From assembly GCF_009914755.1 (NCBI RefSeq), contig NC_060943.1: a stretch of DNA of 64,000 bases; one strand, given 5' to 3'. This stretch comes from the human T2T-CHM13v2.0 reference genome, Homo sapiens. Numbering within the stretch: the first letter of the stretch is position 1; each line of letters opens with the position of its first letter. The position numbers and the translations under genes were made by a program. This document shows, piece after piece, positions 54,772-64,000 of this stretch. Below the pieces are notes generated by a model, which ran no database searches, was not told the DNA's origin, and worked only from the letters and a program-made list of their open reading frames with translations.

Positions 54772-56893
54772 CTAAGAGAGGCCAATGCAGAGGGTCAGGT
54801 TGAGGATACTGAGAGTGAAACAGCCAAGGGTAATTGTAGAAGAAACAAAATAAAGAGACAAAACCTGTATTATTTACTCAATGTGTACACACTGTGGCTA
54901 AGAATCAAAACCATTAGCATACAAGAAAGCATTTAGAAATTCAAATCAATTTATCATCACTGTCACTGTAATATTGACAATTATTATTTATTTGTTCACC
55001 AGACATCCTATGAACATGTTACAGTTGTCGCTTCATGAAAGGACCAGCTCTGCCTGGATTTCTGCTGTGTAATGGAAGATGGAAAAACTTCAAACATATT
55101 TTTATGTCCTCATAATGGATGCAGTTCAAGCCACTGCTCCTACTTAGCTAATGACTTAGCAGGGCAATGGAAATACAAGCAGGTCCCTGCACTTTAAGTG
55201 TGGTCATGGCTCTTCTCAAATTCAAACTGGCGTTTCTGTGCAACTCTTCCTGGCATATGAGCTCATGGTGCTGCTGGAACACATTTTCGGTGGGCACCCA
55301 GGGAACCATTAATCCTAGTTGCCACATTCATGTGTATATTCAGGCTTGGAGCATGTGAACTGGCTTGCTTGGAGTTTGAACCAGGACATCAATTACTAAC
55401 ATGTCTGAGAAATTAATCTTCCGTCAGAGGATAACTCCTACAGGCAAAAACACTTTGGCTACTGCATGTAAGGACAATGTTCGTGTTCTCTGTTCACATC
55501 AGAAAAGAAACCCTTATTAAAGGAGGAGGAGGCCTTTGTTAATGGTGCTGATACTTTGTAGACCTTAGGAAAAGGGTCCTCTCTGCCCCAAGACCTCCAG
55601 CTTATAGAAGCTGCTTATGCAATGGTAGACCCATCCACTCTGCAATAATGAACAGACAGATAAAGCTTTGCTGGGGGTAAGATAACTCAGATTTTGCTGT
55701 TCACATGAAGACACTGTCAACTTCCAACCCTTGGCTCCCTGAGCTTCATTTGGAAATCTCAAATCATCACTTTGTAAACAGGAAAGACATTCCCTGAGAA
55801 TAGGGTGGTTACCAGCACCTCTCCCCAAAAAAACAAAATGCAGAATTGTGTGGGAAAGAAAGGCATAGCATGCTGCCATTCTGCAAGGAGAGGGTGATTG
55901 ACTCAAGATAGGGTGATAAAGATCAATTGCCTTGGCTTGGAGTTATGACACCAACAAAGTTACAATGACATTAGCACAAAGAGAGAGACACAAATCCATT
56001 ACAAAGATACAATCAAATATTCAAAAAAGCCTGGCATGCTCCTTACTTATTCATGCTAATACAAGTATATTAAGAAATCTAAACAGTGTTAGCGCTCAAT
56101 CACTCACAAACCAAATGAGGTTTTGCATTTATCAGACTCCAGTCATCAGGGCCTGTACAAAGGTGGTAATGTGAAATAACTGGAGATATTTATATCAGCC
56201 TACATGGACGGAGAGATACACCAGGATTTATTAAAATGAGGAATGCCATCACATTTACACAGCAATAAAAGAAATAACTGTGCAGAAGTCATTTCCCCAG
56301 ACAATAAGATTTACCTTTGCAATCTCTTAAAGATTTTGTATGTTTTCAAAGGGTCGCTGGCAGCATTTCCGACCTTAATAAACTATTTACGGATTAATTT
56401 CTTCCACAAAGGACTGGATGCCCAAAAGTAGGTTCCCTCCTCGAGAGCCAGCAATAGACTCTAAACCTTTCTGTTTCTGAGGATGCTGCACACAGACACG
56501 TGTATTCCATCTTCTCAGGGACTGCTCTTTGATTAAGTGACATGTCCTCAATTTTCAATAAAGAGAAGTCTATTCAGGATACTGGGATGGGGGTGGGTGG
56601 TGATGTCAGTAATGATGTCCTAGTTCAATTATCCAGTGCTTGGGTTTTGGGGAACCTGAGAGGATATTTAAGAAGATCCACAAGTTTTACAGTGAGGAGT
56701 GCAATGGGAAGCCACAGAAGATCCTTGAAAAGGGATTATGCTCCAGCATGAGAGTTGCCTCACCAGCTTTGCTCTTCTCTACCTCCCAGGAGTTTTCTGC
56801 TCCCCTGGTTTCTGAGAAAATCCTCCTCCCCATCTTTTCTTCCTCCATTGGTGTCTCTTCCTCCCTAGGTTCCTAATGTTGCTGTCAACTCCA

Positions 56894-57191
56894 TTTCTTT
56901 CTTTTTTTTTTTTTTCCTTCGCTCTGTCACTCAGGGTGAAGTGCAGTGGCACAATCTTGGCTCAATGCAAACCTCCACCTCCAGGGTTCAAGCGATTCTC
57001 CTACCACAGCCTCCGGAGTAGCTGGGATTACAGGCACCCGCCACCATACCTGGCTAATTTTTTGTATTTTTAATAGAGATGAGGATTTCATCATGTTGGC
57101 CAGGTTGGTCTCGAACTCCTGACCACAGGTGATCCACCTGTTTTGGCCTCCAAAAGTGCTGAGATTATACGCTTGAGCCACCACACCAGGC
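56894..57191 (-). mobile_element. AluS
   Basis: Full reverse Alu. Confidence 0.93.
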
Positions 57192-57242
57192 TTTTTTTTT
57201 TTTTTGAACAAAGATATCTTCATCTTTAATAGGGGTATTGCT

Positions 57243-57450
<208 letters not shown>

Positions 57451-57494
57451 TTAAAGAACATTTACTGTTACACATTTTATTTCATTTGTTAATA

Positions 57495-57901
57495 ATTTTT
57501 TTTACATTTCATTTTCTATTCAGAGGCTACACATGCAGGTTTGTTACAAGGGTGTATTGTGTGATGCTGAGGTTTGAGGTCCAATTGAACTTATCACCCA
57601 GATAGTGAACGTAAGTACCCAATAGGTAGTTGTTCAGCCCTTACTCTCCTTTCTTCCTCTCCCTTTGGAATCTCAGGCGTCTATTTTTCCCATCCTTGTG
57701 TCCATGCACACCCTGTGTTTAGGTCTCACTTACAAGTGAGGACATGTGTTGTTAAATTTTCTGTTTCTGCATTCGTTTACTTGGATATGCAAATTGCATC
57801 CATGCTGGATTTGTATCCCTGTTTCTGTAAAGGACATGATTTCATTCTTTTTTGTGGCTGTGTAGTATTCATTCTTTTTTGTGGCTGGGTAGTATTCCAT
57901 G
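57495..57901 (-). mobile_element. L1PA15/16-type 3' end
   Basis: gtattgtgtgatgctgaggtttg, gtacccaataggtag, cacttacaagtgag, aaaggacatgatttcattcttttt; 27-bp tandem duplication at 57841-57894. Confidence 0.85.
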
Positions 57902-59247
57902 GGATCACTTTCATTTCTATTCTTGTTTCAGTCTCTTCTCCCCATGGCTGGTCTCATCCATGCCCATGGCCTCTAGAGCACATGGCCTCTGGCACCCCAG
58001 TGATTCTCCAAATTACAATGTCCCAGACCTCTCGCTGGAATCTCAGAGCTTCATATCCAATTGCTCACCACAACACCACCCAGAAGCCAGACACTCAGAG
58101 AGCCTGAGTCTGTCTTGATTCTTCTTCACCTAGAACAGACAGTGAGTCACCTGCAAGGTATCTTCATCCCCTCCATTCCAACCTCACTGGAAATGCCCTG
58201 GTACGGGCCCTACACCTCCTTCTCATTCATGGGTGCAATCCCAGCCCATCTCTCCTTCCCCCAGAGTAATCTTGCTGAAACATGCCTTGTACTTCATTGC
58301 TGTCCCTCTTAAACGGGGCCATGAATGGCCTAGAGAGTGAGGTCCAAACATTTTCCCAGTGCCACGGGGCCCTTCCTGCTGTCAGCAAGAATGTGTCCTT
58401 GCTGATGTTAGGCATTTGCATGAAGCCTAAGTTATAACCACACTGTAAGCACACCCTCCCACCAAGTGGCCCGTGCACTCTCTTTCTGTTTGCTTGCTTG
58501 CATATCTGATGCCTGGGCAGCCTTCTTTTGCCCTCTTTCAGGGTCTTCCTCAAAAGCATCTCTTGGGGAAACAGCCAGAATCAGGCACCCCTCCACCTGT
58601 GCTCCTCTGGCCCTCTGTGTCCTCCTTCCAATTACTTCCAGGGAGACAGTGGGCTGCTAACCATCTGGCACTCAGCCTCCTTCCTGCAGTTCAGGCCTGG
58701 AAGGATTCATGATCCACAGCAGAAGCTGCCCTACTTGCTAGGATGTCTCTTTTCCCTCTGTTTCCCTTTAGTGTGCAATGGCCAGGATTGGGATCAAAGT
58801 CTAACAAGGTCTTGCTGGGCACCAGGCAGAAGGATAATTCTCTCCCAGTAATCCATATCATAATCAGTTCAGGTCATCTCAAGGAACTACATAGAACTGT
58901 GCTTATCACTGCAAGAGACACAGGAAAAGGAGAGCCAGCCGCTGCCTCTCAGAATCTAATAGGACCATCCTAAGAAGCAATTTCAAAGGACGTAAAAGCT
59001 GGCTTGTGCCAGATGCAGTCAAATGCCACCTGCTGAAGGGTGAAGGGTTGAGGGCTTGGGTTTCAAATTCTGGTTTCTTTGTGCTGATGGTGTGTCCCCA
59101 CTTCCGGCCTTAGCATCCTCACCTGAACATGTCCTCCAGGGGAAGACACTAGCCTGACATCTTAAGTGTTGTTAGAAGGTAAATGCCATGTCGGCTGAGA
59201 CACTGTCTGTCCCATTCACTGGCATATCCCCAATGTCTGGCACTTAG

Positions 59248-59698
<451 letters not shown>

Positions 59699-59739
59699 GA
59701 CTCCCTCATTTTGATGGAGCAAGTCTTCCTTAGCTTCTG

Positions 59740-60560
59740 ATACATAGAAAGTAAATTGGTTAAGAGCTTCTATGACTGAAAATGTCATTATTCTAGCCTC
59801 ATACTTGATTGATAGTTTGGCTAAGTAGAGAATTCCAAGATGAACAATTTGGAAGATGCCTTCTAGTTTCCAGTGTTTGTGAAAAAATAGAACTCCCCCG
59901 TCTCTCTCTCTCTCTGTCTGTCTCCCTCTCATTTCTCTTTCTCTCCTATGCATGCACACATGGAGGTACACATCTTATAGATTGTCTTTCTGTTTCCATT
60001 ATTCATAAATTTCTCAGTGCTGGGCTTTAGATGTGGACATGTGCCTATCCATTGGCCTGGGCACTGAAGTCAAAGGAAGTTTCAAGGGAATCATTTTCTC
60101 CATGACCTCCTCCCCTCCGGTTTCTCTATTCTCTTCTTCTGGAACTCAGATCTTTACTCAGATCTTTGGTTTCCTAGAGCAGTCCTTTAATATTTGTTAT
60201 TATTTATCTCCTATTTTACATCTTTTTGTCCTTTCCCCCATCTTTCTGAGTGATTTCCTCAAGTATAACTTCGCTGCATGGGGTGGGGAGAAATTGGGAG
60301 ATCTAACAGCTTCTTCAACAGACTGGCTAATCCCTGAGCCAGTGGGGTATTCCATGGTGTACATTTGTGGACTCTCAGCTTTCCCCACTGGCTTGGGAGT
60401 TAGTACTCTTGACTAAGGTACCCAAGTCCCTTACTACTCACACATTTATTTCCTACCTTCCAAAATTCTTCTGCTGCAATTTCATCTGCTGTTTCTCCTG
60501 TTCATGTGCCTTTCAGAATAGGCAGTGTCTTTCCAGTGGGGTTGGAGAGAAGAGATAAAA
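59740..60560 (-). mobile_element. HAL1/L1M ORF1-region remnant
   Basis: cctcatacttgattgatagtttggctaagtagagaattc; tttctctattctcttcttctggaactc. Confidence 0.55.
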
Positions 60561-60592
60561 ACCTCACTTTGTTGTCTATATATTTATTTCAA

Positions 60593-60889
60593 TTTTTTTT
60601 GTTTTTTTGAGAAAGGTCTCACTCTGTCACCCAGGCTGGAGTGCAGCAGTGCAAACATAGCTCACTGCAGCCTTGACCTCCTGGGCTCCAGCAATCCTCC
60701 TTCCTTAGCCTCTTAAGTAACTGGGACTACAGGTGCTTGCCACCATTCCTGGATAATTTATTAATGTTTTGTAGAGCCTGGGTTTCACTATGTTGCCCAG
60801 GCTTGTCTCGAATACTTGACCTCAAGCGATCCTCCCACCTTGACCTCCCAAATCACTGGGATTACAAGTGTGAGCCATAGTTCCCAGCT
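60593..60889 (-). mobile_element. AluJ
   Basis: Reverse Alu with ctgcagccttgacctcctgggctc. Confidence 0.92.
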
Positions 60890-62459
60890 ACAAAGATTGT
60901 CTATAATATATATGCTGCAAATATTTTCTTCCAGTCTAAAAGTTGCCTTTTGCCTGTGTTTATCATGTCCCCTCTAAATGGAGCTGCTTTTGATTTTTAT
61001 GTAGAGAAATCTGTTGCTCTGTCTCTTGAGTCTGAAATCTTGCAGAAGAATTTAATCAGCAGTACTTTCCAGTTTTTGTTCTTTTAGGGGTTCAAGGCAT
61101 CCTCTGGCCATTAGTCATTCTTAATGAAGAAAGCCAGAACTCTGAAAATGCACCATTCCCTGCCCTGAGTAGCTTCATTCCACTGGGTAGTGATCAGCCC
61201 CTAGTAATTCTTGGGACTTCCAGTGGACCTGTGTGCTTCCAGCTCCCCAGTCAGACATGCAAGACTCCATTCTCTAGGCAGGGTGCCTGTCAAGTCCTCA
61301 CCATGAGGGCACCCATCCTCAATTCACTGCATGGACTTGCTTCTTGGACACTACCCTCGGCATCTCCCTCCCCCAAGACTGCCTCATTAGCCGGGTTATT
61401 CAAGGCCGTGTTCCCACAGGGCACAGCTCTGCGCAGGAGCAATGCAGACCCCAGGTGCATACAGACACAGCTCTGGCTTGATGCCATTTATAAGCAGTGA
61501 CTGATAAATCCAGAGCTTTGGATCAGATAAAACTTCGATAAATGGCCTCTTCACGTGCTGGTAGCAATACCTACTCCTGTCCATTCTGAGTCACCTGCTG
61601 CAATTGGCTTCGTTTTGTTTAATCAACAGCACAGGCAACAATGCTTGAAAGTGATCGCACTGGTGAGAAACGGTGGAGATAGTCCCCTACCAAAGGGGAC
61701 CTGAGACAGAAAAGTACAAAAACTCACAGCCCTGTTCAGAAGCCCCCATGCCTGGGATAATGCAGCCCATCTTCCTCTATCTTGGCTGTTTGAAGAGGAA
61801 CAAAGGTGGCATCCTACAGTAGACCACAGAGGTCACTGGGCCTGTGCACAAATGCAAGGCATCACCCCAAGCATCCCCTTTGCTGGGCACGCCTCACCTG
61901 CCCTTAGTCCACCTGCATCTGGAGCAAGTGGCTCACCAGCCCTGGCTACTTCTCAGAAGGAAGTAAGCCGCCTCTCTCCCTCTCATGTTTGTAAAAACAC
62001 AACTCTGTCTTCACCTTGCCTACAGCATCAGGTCCACAAAGCCACCCCTTCCCCCACCATGAATCAGAATCGCCCAGATAAAGGAGTTGTGTTGGCCTAG
62101 CAGATAGGCAAGCAAATTGGGCCTGTTTGCAAGGGATAGAGCATTTGGAGAGCTGAAAACTTCTCTAAAGCTGTAAGAACACCATTCAGTCCTGTTCAGG
62201 CCACTCAGCCACACGGGACAGTTCCATGCATGTAGCCCCCCGCTAATAACCATTCCCCACCCCCCACCCACCCACACCTCTGCAGATCAGGACTCTCAAC
62301 TTGGCAGCCCTTGTTGCTGTCCACAAGAATGAAAACAAAACAAAAAAACAGTTTTCCCAGGAGGGAAGCTGGGTGAAGAAGACATGAAATGCATAGAGCC
62401 TTCTCCTTCTGGCCCATGACAGACATGAAAACACAGATGCAACACAACTCTGGTCCAAA

Positions 62460-62830
62460 CATCCCTGAGCCTGCACATTCTATGAATCTGTCGCTTCCTT
62501 TGTAAAATGAGGAGAAAGTGACTCAGGCTTGAGAGACAGACAGTGAAACCAGATTTCAAAGCCCAGTTCTGCCACTGACCTGCTGTGCAACTCAGGGCAA
62601 TTATTTAATATAATCTACTTCTCTGAGCTTGGTTCCTTATTTGTAAAATAGAGATTTACATCTCAAGGTGTATTCATTTACTCAGTCATTCAGCAAATAT
62701 TTATTTGACTTGTACTGAGCTCCAGGCAGTGTTCTAGGTGTTAGCGATGGTCGTGAACAAATGAACTCTGTAGGGTATGGCACAGCACACAGGTGCTAAG
62801 TAAATAATGACTGTTATTACTCTCACTATT
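62460..62830. mobile_element. MIR fragments with an L2 3' fragment
   Basis: cccagttctgccactgacctgctgtg...ctctgagcttggttccttatttgtaaaatagagat; tcattcagcaaatatttatt. Confidence 0.6.
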
Positions 62831-63232
62831 GCTAATGAGTTTTGTCATGAGAAGCAACTGGAATTAAAGTATGTTAGTGTATTTTATAAGTGTAAAGCTC
62901 TCTGCAGACATTAGCTGATATTATTTCTTCCATGGCTCATGCTCTAAGAGAAGGCCAATGGGTTGCTCTCGGCCCCTTTCAGAATTGCAAGAGAGCTGCC
63001 ACCAGTTCTTGCCACATCTCCTGTCTCATGTACACAGCTATCTTAGAATTCATGCTCTGAACAGGCAGCAAGAGAGATCAAACTTTTTCTTTCTCCAAGT
63101 CTCAAGGTGCCTCTTTTGTCTTGCATTTCTCTGATCATTGGAGCTTTAAGCATAACTACCAGGTTTTCAAATTAGTCATATTTGTCTGTGTGCATTTGTA
63201 CACATACTAATCAGCATCAAACACATCTCGGT

Positions 63233-63368
63233 GGATAGAGATAGATAGATACATAGATAGATACATAGATAGACAAATGATAGGTAGATAATAGACAGAT
63301 GATAGATAGATAGAGGTTAGATAGATACATAGACTGATAATAAATAGATGATAGGTAGATAGATGATT

Positions 63369-63414
<46 letters not shown>

Positions 63415-63423
63415 CAGATAGAT
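63233..63423. repeat. Compound (GATA)n STR with pure (GATA)11 at 63369-63412
   Basis: Directly visible. Confidence 0.97.
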
Positions 63424-64000
63424 CTGTGATTGCTTACCTACAATAAAACCTCTTTAAGGAAGGTCCCCAGGGGTTGGGTGTTCTACGAAACTAAGCTCAA
63501 CCATTTCTGCCCCCAAATGAGGCCATGAAGAGTAGGAAAACAAAAGGAGGGGAGGGCCAGCTGGTGCTACTGATTTTAACCCAGCAGGCTATCAGGTTGC
63601 ACTAGCCAAACCCTGGGTTGGATAAGCCATGGCAAGATCAAGGTTGGGCTAGGATAACTGTGAATGGCTCAGCAGTCCCTCTCCATAAGTAGTTATTTCT
63701 CTCTTTGGAGAGAAGAGCTTTGCTTCAGGACCTCTGTCCATGTGTGATGAATGGTTGGGACCAGAAAGACATGCATGTGACAAAAATAGAGTCAGCTTGT
63801 ATTCCTGCAGAAGGTCAAGTCAAGTATATGCCTGGCCCTGGGCAACACCAAACTCACCACTGCTGATTCCTACAGAGTGTTCTCCTGTCCTGACATCATG
63901 GCTCTCAGGGCCCTCCCGTGCCCAGAAACTAATCAGTATCAGACACATCTAGGAGAAATTCAGGGACTGCAGCCTCCCTTGAAGGTGGCAGAGAGAACCA

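Overview
Primate genomic DNA, most likely human or another catarrhine, judged from AluJ/S/Y, L1PA/PB/M, L2, MIR, MaLR/ERV LTRs and MER DNA transposons. I find no credible protein-coding exon, CpG island, tRNA or rRNA. The recognisable ORFs are read-through of Alu, L1 or simple repeats, and the rest resemble nothing I recognise. The window looks intergenic or deep-intronic, with several repeat-free blocks rich in homeodomain/SOX/FOX motifs that may be conserved enhancers. I cannot name the locus and see no evidence of a new multi-gene system. The most interesting signals are molecular fossils: (1) an ancient full-length U6 snRNA retrocopy fused to an internally deleted L1MC (U6-L1 chimera); (2) four short non-tandem, same-orientation local duplications (27-111 bp, 1.2-4.6 kb apart) that look like templated insertions; (3) an old 29-bp minisatellite split by an MLT2 LTR; (4) a trimeric Alu inside one TSD; (5) a twin-primed inverted L1; (6) an AT-rich minisatellite ending in an inverted unit. 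Repeat subfamily names come from recall of consensus sequences and need RepeatMasker/Dfam confirmation. Boundaries of old elements are approximate.
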